Assembly (NCBI GenBank): GCA_963793265.1
Contig: CAWBZI010000001.1
Span: forward strand, 192,001-256,000
From: an uncultured cyanobacterium
GTDB lineage: Bacteria; Cyanobacteriota; Cyanobacteriia; Phormidesmidales; Phormidesmidaceae
Length of the DNA: 64,000 nt
Reading direction: 5' to 3'
The position numbers and the translations under genes were made by a program. Position 1 is the stretch's first letter. Every line of letters starts with the position of its first letter. The notes below the pieces were generated by a model that ran no database searches, was not told the DNA's origin, and saw only the letters and a list, made by a program, of their open reading frames with translations. Shown in pieces: positions 9,182 through 18,588 of the stretch.

Positions 9182-12100
9182 TCAGCTTAGCTCTGCCTCC
9201 AGGTTTTCTGTTTTGGGCGTGAACTGCACGTACAGGCAAGGAATGACAATAAGCGCGGTGGCAGTCGCAGCAATCAGCCCAAAGATAATAGCGCTACATA
9301 AGGGCATCCAGGTGGGGTCGCTGAAGGCCAGCGGAATCAGGCCGAGGATAGTAGTGACGCTAGTGGTGATAATAGGCCGCAAGCGATCCGATACGCCGTT
9401 GGCGGCTGCTCGTCGCACCGTCATGCCTTCTTGCTGGTAGCCATTCATCGTATCAACCATGACAATTGCGTCGTTTACAACAATACCAACTAGGGCAATA
9501 ACGCCGATAAAAGTGGTGAAAGAGAACGGAATCCAGGCCAGGAAGGAGCCGACAAAGGTGCCAGTAAGTGCAAGCGGAATGGTTGCCAGGATGATGAAAG
9601 GCTGACGGAAGGATCTAAGCTGTAGCACTAGCACTGCGAAGACTAAAAAGATAGCGAGGCCCAGTGCTTGACCAGAGGAACCAAAGGTTTCGGCCTGATC
9701 TTCGCTTTCGCCGCCGAAGCTGTAGCTGTAGCCAGCGGGCCAAGACTGCTGTAGGTCTTCGAGTTTGGTTTCTAAGTCGGCAATGATTTCGTTTGCGGTG
9801 CGATCGCTATTTTTCGCCAATACCGTCACCGTCCTTTCCCCCCCGCGATGCGTCACCGACAGCGCCGACTCTCCCTGCACAGGCTCCACGACCGCCCCGA
9901 CTGGAATTACTTCGTTGTCAGCATTAGAGCCGAAAAAGCGAACCAAGTTCAGCTCATCACGTCGGGTCGGGCCACCTACAGCACCATCACGAGAAGGCCA
10001 CGCCGTACTCAACCGAATCTCCAAATCCTCCTCATTGCCGCCCACGTCAAAGTCTCCGACATCTACCGCAGTCGTGTAGTAACGAGCCTGACTGGTCACA
10101 TCCTCAGCCGTGAGCCCGTAAAAATCGAGCGCTTCTCGTCTGGGAATGAGCTGTAGGTCAGGCTGCAAGTCACCTAAATTATCACGCACGTCAGAGGTAC
10201 CCGAAATTTGTCTCAGCGCCTGCTGAATCTCGCCCGAAATCTGCCGAAGCTGGCTAATATCGCTACCTGAAACTTCTACCTGAATCGGATCGCCGCCGCC
10301 TGTAGCGCTTTGACTATTGATAACCAAAGACGCGCCTGGATACTGCCGTAGAACCTGACTAACTTCTGCGCGCAAGTCGTCTAGATAGGCATAAGAAATC
10401 ATGTCGCGCTCGTCTTCTGGTACAAACACCGCTGAAAAGCCTACTAAGTAGCTGCCTTCGGTAGGCTGTAACTCGCCTGAGCTAACTAAGTTGCTACGCT
10501 GCCCTGCATACTTAATCACGCTTTCAAAATAGTCTTTTTCTCTCAATAAGTTGCCAACATCATCAGCGAGCACCTGAGACGTGTTTAGGGTTGTTGTCGG
10601 CGGCAGCTCAACGTTAATACTCAAATTACGGCTGTCTTGCTCAGGAAACAGCGTCACCGGAACTTGAGTAAACGCGAATATTGAGCAGATGAACAGCGTC
10701 AGCGCGCCTAAAGACCAAGCTCTAGCGACTCCCTTGTTACGAACGGTGTGACTCAGGCTCCATCGCGTGAACTTCTCAGAGGCTTTTTCGCTTATGCGGT
10801 CAATTCGAGACTTTTTATTTTCTCCTTTAGCGCCTGCTAATAGGTAGCGAGAGAGCGGAATATCTACCAATAGCGCAATTACGAAGCTGAGCACCAGGCA
10901 GGTAATTGCCGTAATCGGCAGCACCCGAATAAACTTGCCCAGCGTACCGCTAATTGACATCAGCGGCGTCATTGCCAAAATAGTTGTTAGCTGTCCGGCA
11001 AAAGCAGGCCCAGCATAGGTTCTTACCGTCTTCAGCGCGGCTTGATTAAAGCTCAGACCTGACACATAGATGCCTTCGTGCATTCCCTCCATCATCAAGA
11101 TAAACACATCTACCAGAATGCCGAGCGCTAATACCATGCCGATAAGCACCATATTGTTTAGCGTTTGACCCATCAGCCACAGTATGGCTAAGGTGCCTAA
11201 AAACGTCAGCGGAATCGAGAGCCCAGCAATCAGCGCCTCACGCCACGAGAGCGCAATAAACAAAATAACAAACACTACGCCCATCGCCTGTAGTGCGTTT
11301 ACAAACAGGCTGCTGAGCTGATCCCAAATTACGTCCGCATCGCTAGCGGTAATTCGATACTCCATGCCAAACGGCCATTCACTAGATCTTTTAGCTGTCT
11401 CTAACGCCGCTTTCACATTGTTGATTACTTCAATAGAATCTTGCCCCGGTACCTTTTTTACCCCGACGCTTACTACTGGCTCGTAGGGTGCGCCCTGCCA
11501 GCTAATTGCCGCCCGCGTATCTTCTTGCTCTAGCTCTCTGCGAACTTGGGCAATCTCTTCAAGTCTGACGACGCGATCATCTATGCGAGCAATGGGCAAC
11601 TGCCGAAGATCTTCTAGCTGTCGAAATTTGCCGTAAAATCGAATCTGAGTGCCGATAGTATCGCTCTCAATTTCATTCAGCGGTGCGTCTATGTTGGCGC
11701 TACGAATCCGATTAGCTACCGTGGTTGGAGAAATTTGTAATGCTGCTAAGGCGGCAGGATCCATCTGTACCTGCACGACCTCTTCACGCGCACCGCCCAA
11801 GTTAACCTCTGTAACGCCTACAACGTCTTCGAGTCTATCTTGTAAATCTTCTGCGGCCTGACTGATAACTGTTGAATCGAGATCGCCAAATAGCGCAACC
11901 GTCACGATTGGCGCATCGTTGACAGAAACCTGTTCTACAACTGGCTGGTCAGCTTCGCGCGGTAGTTCTGGCGCTGCTTGAGATACCGCATCTCGCAGCC
12001 GTTGGATAGATTGGGTCGTATCGGCGTCTGAACGGAACTCAACGCTGATAAGAGAGAAGCCGCTGTAGGAAGCACTCTGAATCGACTTGAGTCCTTCTAC

Positions 12101-12424
12101 TGATTTAATCTCGGTTTCTAACTCGTTCGTGACCTGTTGTTCGATGGTGCTAGGGTCAGCGCCGCCCCAAGTTGTCGTCACCGTAGCGGTGGCAATGTCA
12201 ATGTCAGGGTTAGCCTCTTTCACCATTGATAGATAGCCTAATAGGCCACCGACAGTCAGCAAAAGTGCTAGCAGAATCCCAAAAATAGGCTGTAAAAAGA
12301 AGAAACGCATTAGCCCTGATGCCTTTTTAGGATCAGGGCCAGCTTTGGTATTGGGTGCTGAATTGTTGGAGCGGTGACCGTTTTGGCGATCGCGCAAAGA
12401 ACCCGGCGTAGAGGCTTGACTCAT
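9182..12424 (-). CDS. RND efflux transporter permease (AcrB/AcrD/AcrF family)
   Basis: 1080 aa, two large periplasmic loops, GILVDVFI and GIVVNDAIVMVD, RLRPIITTS. Confidence 0.95.
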   Translation of the reverse strand: MSQASTPGSLRDRQNGHRSNNSAPNTKAGPDPKKASGLMRFFFLQPIFGILLALLLTVGGLLGYLSMVKEANPDIDIATATVTTTWGGADPSTIEQQVTNELETEIKSVEGLKSIQSASYSGFSLISVEFRSDADTTQSIQRLRDAVSQAAPELPREADQPVVEQVSVNDAPIVTVALFGDLDSTVISQAAEDLQDRLEDVVGVTEVNLGGAREEVVQVQMDPAALAALQISPTTVANRIRSANIDAPLNEIESDTIGTQIRFYGKFRQLEDLRQLPIARIDDRVVRLEEIAQVRRELEQEDTRAAISWQGAPYEPVVSVGVKKVPGQDSIEVINNVKAALETAKRSSEWPFGMEYRITASDADVIWDQLSSLFVNALQAMGVVFVILFIALSWREALIAGLSIPLTFLGTLAILWLMGQTLNNMVLIGMVLALGILVDVFILMMEGMHEGIYVSGLSFNQAALKTVRTYAGPAFAGQLTTILAMTPLMSISGTLGKFIRVLPITAITCLVLSFVIALLVDIPLSRYLLAGAKGENKKSRIDRISEKASEKFTRWSLSHTVRNKGVARAWSLGALTLFICSIFAFTQVPVTLFPEQDSRNLSINVELPPTTTLNTSQVLADDVGNLLREKDYFESVIKYAGQRSNLVSSGELQPTEGSYLVGFSAVFVPEDERDMISYAYLDDLRAEVSQVLRQYPGASLVINSQSATGGGDPIQVEVSGSDISQLRQISGEIQQALRQISGTSDVRDNLGDLQPDLQLIPRREALDFYGLTAEDVTSQARYYTTAVDVGDFDVGGNEEDLEIRLSTAWPSRDGAVGGPTRRDELNLVRFFGSNADNEVIPVGAVVEPVQGESALSVTHRGGERTVTVLAKNSDRTANEIIADLETKLEDLQQSWPAGYSYSFGGESEDQAETFGSSGQALGLAIFLVFAVLVLQLRSFRQPFIILATIPLALTGTFVGSFLAWIPFSFTTFIGVIALVGIVVNDAIVMVDTMNGYQQEGMTVRRAAANGVSDRLRPIITTSVTTILGLIPLAFSDPTWMPLCSAIIFGLIAATATALIVIPCLYVQFTPKTENLEAELS

Positions 12425-14082
12425 CAGTTACTCACCTCCTGACTCTTCACAAGGCTGTCTGTTTGACCCTGCGCAATTTGAACAGTAGCCCCCTCCACAA
12501 GCCGGTTTTGGCCTGCTGTAATCACCTGCTCTCCAACGGCAACACCGCTGACAATTTCTCTTGTCGTGAGTCCTTCAACGCCAAGCTCTACCCGACGTTG
12601 TTCAACGGTGTTACTTTCAGCATCCACCACAAAAATATAGGGGGTTTGCTCGCGATAAACAACCGCGTTAAGCGGTACAACGGTTGCCTCAGATTCTTCT
12701 GCAACTGCAACCCACATTGTCACATTTTGGCCATGCTTGAGAGCGTCACCATTCTGAGTAATTTGCGCAGTCACTTCAATTGAACGTCCACCGGGATCAA
12801 CCGCTGGATTTACAGCAAACACCTGGCCGCGAGCGTCAGCCCGCGAAAGCAAATCATCCCCTCGACTGTTTGAGCGATCGCTCGTCACCAAAGCCGTCTG
12901 CCCCGGCTCAACCCGCTCACCCTGATAGGCCGCAAAATCAGCCACCACCTCATACTGACTAGGGTCAACAACAACGATTGGCACACGATCCAAAATAGCG
13001 GAGTAGTCTTGGCCGAGCTGAGAAGATACCGACTGAGGCGTATAGTATTCGTTCTCTCGCAGGTTCATATAGGCGACTATGCCGTTGAATGGTGCATAGA
13101 GCCGCGTATCTTCTAGCGCCACCTCAGCCTGAGTGAGCCTGGCCCGCGCTGTTTCAATTTGAGAGTCGAGCGCCTGCTGCTGTTGTTGCGCTGCCAAAAC
13201 GCCTGCTTGAGCGGTGTCCACCTGGGCTCTGGCTGCTGAAACCTGAGACTGAGCCGCTGCCACTTGAGCGCTTGTGTCTTGAACCGCATTGCGACGAGAG
13301 TCTAGCTCGGTAGCTGCTAATGCGCCCTGGCTATAGAGCGTTTGATAGCGTTGAAAGTCTGTTTGGGCCAGCGTTTGCGCAGATCGGGCCTGGTCTAATT
13401 GGGCCTGAGCCTGGTCTACTTGTGATCGCGCCTGAGCCACCTGAGACTGAGCGCTTGCCACATCTGCACCCGCTGCTGCCCTTCTCTGCCTGGCTTCAGC
13501 AACCGCCGCTCTCGCCTGGTTAATATCAGCTTGCAGCGTCCGGTCATCAATTTGAGCCAGCAATTCGCCCTGCTGAACCGTGTCACCCGCGCGTAGCGTT
13601 CGACCGTTGCGGTTAGCAATAAACGTCACATCGCCTGCGGTATCGAAGGCCAAATGTTTGAAGCGTTCTGCTTGTACCGTGCCTTCGCTAGAAGTCCAGG
13701 CTTGGATAGGCGCTTGCTGAGTGATCGCTGTTCTTACTGACACCGCAGCCGCTTCTTCAACCGCTGGGGGCGGCGCATTGTTGTCACGAATACGAATATA
13801 TGAGAGCCCGCCGACTGCTATCGCTAAACCCAAAGCAGGTACGAGCCACCACTTTTTCTTTAGGCGATCACCCACAGACTTAGACTCATGATCCTGCTCA
13901 CTGTCTTCCTCTCTCCCTTCAGGCAACGCTTCCGGCGATCCTTCTAGCAGCGCGGCTGGCGGTAATGGTGCTGCAACTGTGCCCTCTGATCGACGCATTG
14001 ATGGATCGCGATTGAGTGAGACAGGTTCCTTTTCTTCATTGAGAGAAGCAGAGTCAAGGGTGATAGATGGCTTAGAAGGCAT
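12424..14082 (-). CDS. RND efflux periplasmic adaptor (membrane fusion protein)
   Basis: TM anchor, lipoyl halves (GDTVQQGELLAQID, LYAPFNGIV), long Ala/Gln coiled coil, VNPAVDP; 1-nt overlap with the permease start. Confidence 0.93.
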   Translation of the reverse strand: MPSKPSITLDSASLNEEKEPVSLNRDPSMRRSEGTVAAPLPPAALLEGSPEALPEGREEDSEQDHESKSVGDRLKKKWWLVPALGLAIAVGGLSYIRIRDNNAPPPAVEEAAAVSVRTAITQQAPIQAWTSSEGTVQAERFKHLAFDTAGDVTFIANRNGRTLRAGDTVQQGELLAQIDDRTLQADINQARAAVAEARQRRAAAGADVASAQSQVAQARSQVDQAQAQLDQARSAQTLAQTDFQRYQTLYSQGALAATELDSRRNAVQDTSAQVAAAQSQVSAARAQVDTAQAGVLAAQQQQQALDSQIETARARLTQAEVALEDTRLYAPFNGIVAYMNLRENEYYTPQSVSSQLGQDYSAILDRVPIVVVDPSQYEVVADFAAYQGERVEPGQTALVTSDRSNSRGDDLLSRADARGQVFAVNPAVDPGGRSIEVTAQITQNGDALKHGQNVTMWVAVAEESEATVVPLNAVVYREQTPYIFVVDAESNTVEQRRVELGVEGLTTREIVSGVAVGEQVITAGQNRLVEGATVQIAQGQTDSLVKSQEVSN

Positions 14083-14229
14083 ATGCTTGTGCTGTTACTG
14101 ACCAGGGGGTCACATGGCTAGATAGTTATGCTACAAAACAAAGAAAGGGTCTTCACATGCTCGAAAGGGTGAAAGTCCCACTATTCCTAAGGTAAGGATC
14201 TGACTTTGTATAGAGGGTCTTTTGTGAGT

Positions 14230-16567
14230 TCACTTTAAATCGCCGAATTTAGGCGACCAAAAACCACCATCACGGCTTTGAAAAAACGCCACATCTTTGC
14301 ATTTTCCCTTGCGATTTTCCAGTAGCGAGCAGCGCAGCATAACCTTATCAACGCCTTCTTTTTGGTAGGCATGACGGATGAGTAAGGCCCCACAGATTCG
14401 GGCAAGGATGGTCGGTGAACGCTTTTGGATCGACCGGGCGCTGGGCATAGGGCAGCTCGTATCCTTTCTTCGCCGGATTCCAAAACATGACGGTATCGCA
14501 GCTAGACGATTCGCATTTTAAAAAGTGGTTTGCCTTTAGTTTTTTAGAGCGCGATGGAATTTTGCTCATGACTTGAGCGCATTTTGGGCATTTGGTTTTG
14601 CTTTTTTGGATCTGAGACTTTTCGGTCTGGGGCTTGTTTGCTTGGGGCTTTCTACGAGATTGTTTGCGCAGCGGCTTGTTTGATTTTGCTGTTGGGCTAG
14701 CTGTTGAAATAACTTTGCGACGGGTAGGCGCTGAAGTCTCTTTTGCGACAAGTGCTTTGGCTGGCGGTTGACTGACGTAGGTATCGGCAGCGTGCTGTAA
14801 GTCTCGCATGACGCCTGCGGAGAGCTTGGTCTTAGCTTGAGCGATCGCAGGTGCAAAGTAGTCTTTATGCCAGTCGGTCAAATACGTTTGCCAGTCTTGT
14901 TTACCAGCAGCGATCGCATCCAATTCATTCTCCATCTGCGCCGTAAAATCAGGCTCAATCAAATCAGGTAATAGCTTCTCCAAAGCTGCATCTAGCGACA
15001 GCCCTAGTTCAGTCGGCTGAAGCTTCCCTTTTACAAGGGTTGCATACGTTCTTGTCCGCAGCGTTTTAATCGTCGGCGCATACGTACTCGGACGCCCAAT
15101 GCCTTTGCGCTCCATCAGCTGCACTAGCTTAGGCTCGGTATATCTTGGTGGCGGTTGAGTCTGCTTCTGGTCAGCCTGCGCTTTTTCTAGTGTCACAGCC
15201 TGCCCTTCGTTTAACGTTGGTAGCTGCGAGTCGGCGCTTAAGTTATTCCAGTACTGGGTGTAGCCTGCGAACTCAACCACCTGCCCTCTCGCCTCCCAAT
15301 AAGCCTCTCCCGATTGGGTCACAATTCGCGTTTTACGCAGTTGAGCCGGACGACACTGAGAGGCTACAGCGCGATTCCAAATTAGCTCGTAGAGGTTAGC
15401 GGCATCGGTAGAGAGTGCGTTTTTGAGCTGCTGTGGAGTGGCGGTAACTTCAGTCGGACGGATAGCTTCGTGTGCGGCCTGCGCGTTTTTGGCTGAGCGA
15501 TGTTTGGCGGTTTGTTTAGGAACGTTGGCCGCATCGTGCTGGCTAAGGTAGTCTCTAACAGCGGCGCAGAAAGGGGCCGACAGTACAACAGAGTCGGTGC
15601 GCATGTAGGTGATGTGGCCCGCTTCGTAGAGTGACTGGGCCACTTTCATGGTTTGGTCAGGGGTGAAGCGGAGTTTGGAGCCTGCGGACTGCTGTAGCGT
15701 GGAGGTGATGAAGGGCGGCGGGGGCGATTGGCGGGTGAGTTTGCCTTGGATGGAGATGATTTTGTGGGGGGTGGTGCGGGCGATCGCAACCAGCCGATCC
15801 GCCTCAGCCTGCGTCGTCACCCGTTCAGACTCAGGCTCTTTTGATTTACCCGCTGACTTACCCTTCGAGCTAGCTTTATCAGCGCTATCTATCTCACTCT
15901 CCTCAGTCTTCTTAGGCCGACTAGCCGTAGGCTTCCGTCGATAAAAAGCTTTAAAGCCTTCCTGATAGCTCACCCATACGCTCCAATAGTCTTGTGGGGT
16001 AAACGCTTGAATCTCGCGCTCGCGCTGACACAGCAAATGGAGCGTCGCACTCTGCACACGCCCCATAGACTTCGCGCCGTTATTCAGCGGCCACACCACA
16101 TGGCGGCTACCTTTATAACCCACCAGCTTATCCAAACAATCACGCGCTCGACCCGCCGCAATTAAAGACTGATCGAGCACACGAGGATTTGCGACAGCGT
16201 TGCGAACCGCAGCGGGCGTAATTTCGCTGTATACAACGCGGTGAGGTTTCTTGAGGCGCAAAGCCTGCTGCAAATGCCAGCCGATCGTCTCGCCCTCGCG
16301 GTCGGGATCAGTCGCGATGTAAACCGTGTCCGCCTGCTTTACGGCCTGACGCAGGCCCGATATTGTCTTCTTGGCCCGCTCATCTCGCGGCGCATACTTG
16401 CAGTGAATCTGTCGGCCTTCCATATCGAAGCCTAAAGCATCTTCACCTTCATTAGTCAGCTCTCTGATATGGCCCATACTGGCTTTCACGATCCAACCAG
16501 GGCCTAGAATTTGGCTAAGCTTCTTCAGTTTTCCAGGGCTTTCGATCAGCAGCAGCTTAGCCATCAC
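14230..16567 (-). CDS. topA: Type IA DNA topoisomerase (secondary TopA-like), with 1-bp frameshift near the C-terminus
   Basis: TOPRIM LIESPGK, ASMGHI, ATDPDREGE, GRVQS, active-site ITYMRTDS, AHEAIRPT, GIGRPSTYA; Zn-ribbon CPKC; tail HPCP/ICGALL split between frames at 14397-14398. Confidence 0.9.
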
Positions 16568-16580
16568 GGTTGTCCTTTTT

Positions 16581-16625
16581 ATAGGCTTGCGTAGCGCAGC
16601 AAACAGCCACCCTGCGCAAGCCTAT
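16581..16625. promoter_or_regulatory. Inverted repeat just upstream of the topA start
   Basis: ATAGGCTTGCGTAG (16581-16594) / CTGCGCAAGCCTAT (16612-16625), 13 of 14 matching. Confidence 0.55.
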
Positions 16626-16628
16626 TTT

Positions 16629-16642
16629 AGTACAAACGATCT
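16629..16642. promoter_or_regulatory. Possible cyanobacterial LexA box
   Basis: AGTACAAACGATCT resembles AGTAC-N4-GTWCT with one mismatch; about 60 nt upstream of topA. Confidence 0.35.
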
Positions 16643-16696
16643 TACTTAGCGAATTAAGAAAATCTGAGTTCTCTTATGTTCTCTAGGCGTTGTTCT

Positions 16697-17203
16697 CTAT
16701 GCGTCTACTTTTCTAGCAATCTGACGAACTTCTTCTATGCTTGACTCCGAGCCTCTAACAACAACTCTATAAATATCAGTCGCGTTAGGATCTGTCTTAT
16801 CCCTTTGCTTTTGGGGCTGAGAGGCAAGTGCTGCTTTACCGATGAACGCACCGAGCGTAGCACCGCCAAACGCCAAGCCGAGAATCAACAGGCGGTTGAA
16901 GTTGCTATTGGCATACATGCTGTCGTTCCAATAAACAAGAATTGGAACAATGATGACGCCCAGCAAGCTCCCGTAGAGGCCACCTAGCCAAAACCCAGCC
17001 GCACCGCCAGTAATCGTGCCCATCGCCTCTAGTCTGCTACGCAAGCTCGTTCTGTCATCGATAGCGACCTGCTCAATGGATGAACCTGCCGATTCGATGG
17101 CTTCCTTAACTTTTTGTGCAGACTGACGGTTGTTAAAGTTAGCAATAACCTCATCTTTAGAGCGGACAGATGGCTGATTGGGCCGTACTGATTGACTTGT
17201 CAT
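16697..17203 (-). CDS. Hypothetical membrane protein with two Gly-rich TM segments
   Basis: 168-aa ORF with ATG; GGAAGFWLGGLYGSLLG and FGGATLGAFIG glycine-zipper-like helices. Confidence 0.7.
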   Translation of the reverse strand: MTSQSVRPNQPSVRSKDEVIANFNNRQSAQKVKEAIESAGSSIEQVAIDDRTSLRSRLEAMGTITGGAAGFWLGGLYGSLLGVIIVPILVYWNDSMYANSNFNRLLILGLAFGGATLGAFIGKAALASQPQKQRDKTDPNATDIYRVVVRGSESSIEEVRQIARKVDA

Positions 17204-17374
17204 AAAATTGTTTTCCGTTGAAAGTAAGCAATGATTCTATGATGACGAGTCTGTTGTGGTGTTTTCTCTATAGCTTGATAGAGCCTATTAGTTCCGTGGA
17301 GAGAAAAAACACATGCTAGCTAGCTCAACAGCTCTGTCGGAAGATCGCTAGAAGATATCATCTTAAGCACGAGG

Positions 17375-17404
17375 GCGAGCCATCGGATACGTTTAATGGC
17401 TCGC
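17375..17404. terminator. Hairpin downstream of the 82-aa gene
   Basis: GCGAGCCAT / ATGGCTCGC 9-bp stem; no clear U-tract. Confidence 0.4.
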
Positions 17405-17417
17405 TATATGGCTAGCG

Positions 17418-17666
17418 CTACAGTCTGACGCGGCGGGTCAATACGACCATAACTTCATTGCGATCGCCCGTTGGCACAGGCTTACTCCAATCGTTAGGCT
17501 CGGCGTAGTTGAGCTTGAACAAGGTGCGAATGGTCGCTTGGACTGCATGAAGGGAGCCCCGTATGGTGTGGGTCACAATCTCGGGGCTATCGTCTGAGGG
17601 AAATGAGGAATTGCCGACAGGAGGAACGGTGAACGCAGAGGCGTCCGGGCGAGCTGAAGTAAGCAT
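17418..17666 (-). CDS. Small conserved-type cyanobacterial hypothetical protein
   Basis: 82 aa, AAAGGA RBS upstream; pattern VTHTIRGS..AVQATIRTL..LNYAEPNDWS.P..TG..EVM.VL.R recalled from a widespread unnamed cyanobacterial family. Confidence 0.75.
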   Translation of the reverse strand: MLTSARPDASAFTVPPVGNSSFPSDDSPEIVTHTIRGSLHAVQATIRTLFKLNYAEPNDWSKPVPTGDRNEVMVVLTRRVRL

Positions 17667-17675
17667 AACGTTGAA

Positions 17676-17890
17676 TTTCCTTTGTTTTTGTAGGAAACCA
17701 GAACCCCACTAAACCAAGCCACCCCGCGAAAATGTAGTGCAAATCGGGGTGGCTAGAGTAAAGTGACTCTAGCCGCCGGGACTGCCGATTAGTCCGGGGG
17801 GTTAGCTATCGGTAGGTGTTGACGCACCTATCGATAGTGCTGAGCGAAATCGAGTTCTGGCAAGAACGACTGTGATAGGCATCACAGCTT
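17676..17890. ncRNA. Putative structured cis-regulatory or antisense RNA (seven clustered hairpins)
   Basis: Stems at 17676-17697, 17717-17754, 17748-17777, 17779-17795, 17806-17837, 17854-17867, 17870-17887 in a non-coding gap. Confidence 0.6.
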
Positions 17891-18035
17891 AGAACTGACG
17901 ATAATCTGATTCTTTGCTGCCGTCAAGTGGAAACGTATTTTTTCCGAGACGCCTCGGCGATTAACCCAAGTGCAAAGTCGAAAGTGTCTCATTATTTTCA
18001 AACCGCTTACTATGCTCAACCGTCGCTCTGATCTT

Positions 18036-18272
18036 TTAAGCGGCTGAATCTGCATACTGATAGACCGGAACTTCTATAAATTGCTGAGGCTCTGAGTCAT
18101 CTAGGATAAACGATTGCAATTTCTCTACTGTATCTAGCGAAAAGAGCTGTTCGCCTGTCTCTTCGTTTACTCTTGCTGGCACTCCTTTAATTACGATAAT
18201 TTTGCCGTCTATCTCCAACGTGTAAGTGACCAGTTTTTCTACCAAAGGTTCCTGCCAATTGTTATTTGCCAT
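18036..18272 (-). CDS. YgiT/MqsA-type antitoxin-like protein (Cys-less variant)
   Basis: VTYTLEIDGKIIVIKGVPARVNEETGEQLFSLDTV matches the YgiT-type 'VPA..C..CGE..F' pattern without the Cys residues; overlaps the upstream DUF4258 gene. Confidence 0.8.
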   Translation of the reverse strand: MANNNWQEPLVEKLVTYTLEIDGKIIVIKGVPARVNEETGEQLFSLDTVEKLQSFILDDSEPQQFIEVPVYQYADSAA

Positions 18273-18588
18273 TTTCAGTTTGTCTCCTCTCAGTAAAGCT
18301 ATTTGTCCAGATCTGCGGATCGGGTTCGTATAAAGTAATGACTTTGATTGACGGCCTAGATGGATAGGAGCATTGAATATGGATAGGACGCATATCCCTT
18401 GTAAAGCCGAATACTAAGCAGCTTGGCCCATATTTGTCATTTGGGTATTTTTCGATGATCTGACCGCTAGCGATCGCCTCTTTGATCTCCTGCACTCTGA
18501 TTTTTCGGATACCTGATTGATCAATAGCATGTTTAGAAAGCTCAACTTGATTTCTTTCGACTTTTTCGCGAATTTCATCAATCATCAA
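18262..18588 (-). CDS. DUF4258 family putative toxin
   Basis: SKHAIDQS..R.I...EI, IIEKYPNDKYGPSCLVFG, RPIHIQCS, VITLYEPDP. Confidence 0.85.
   Translation of the reverse strand: MMIDEIREKVERNQVELSKHAIDQSGIRKIRVQEIKEAIASGQIIEKYPNDKYGPSCLVFGFTRDMRPIHIQCSYPSRPSIKVITLYEPDPQIWTNSFTERRQTENGK

Noticed and set aside
14235..14483. 82-aa and 72-aa ORFs as separate genes
   Set aside because: The 72-aa frame (14230-14448) is the frameshifted topA tail; the 82-aa frame has no recognisable features
17700..17890. tRNA, CRISPR array or known riboswitch
   Set aside because: No cloverleaf or T-loop, no repeat-spacer periodicity, and no aptamer consensus I recognise
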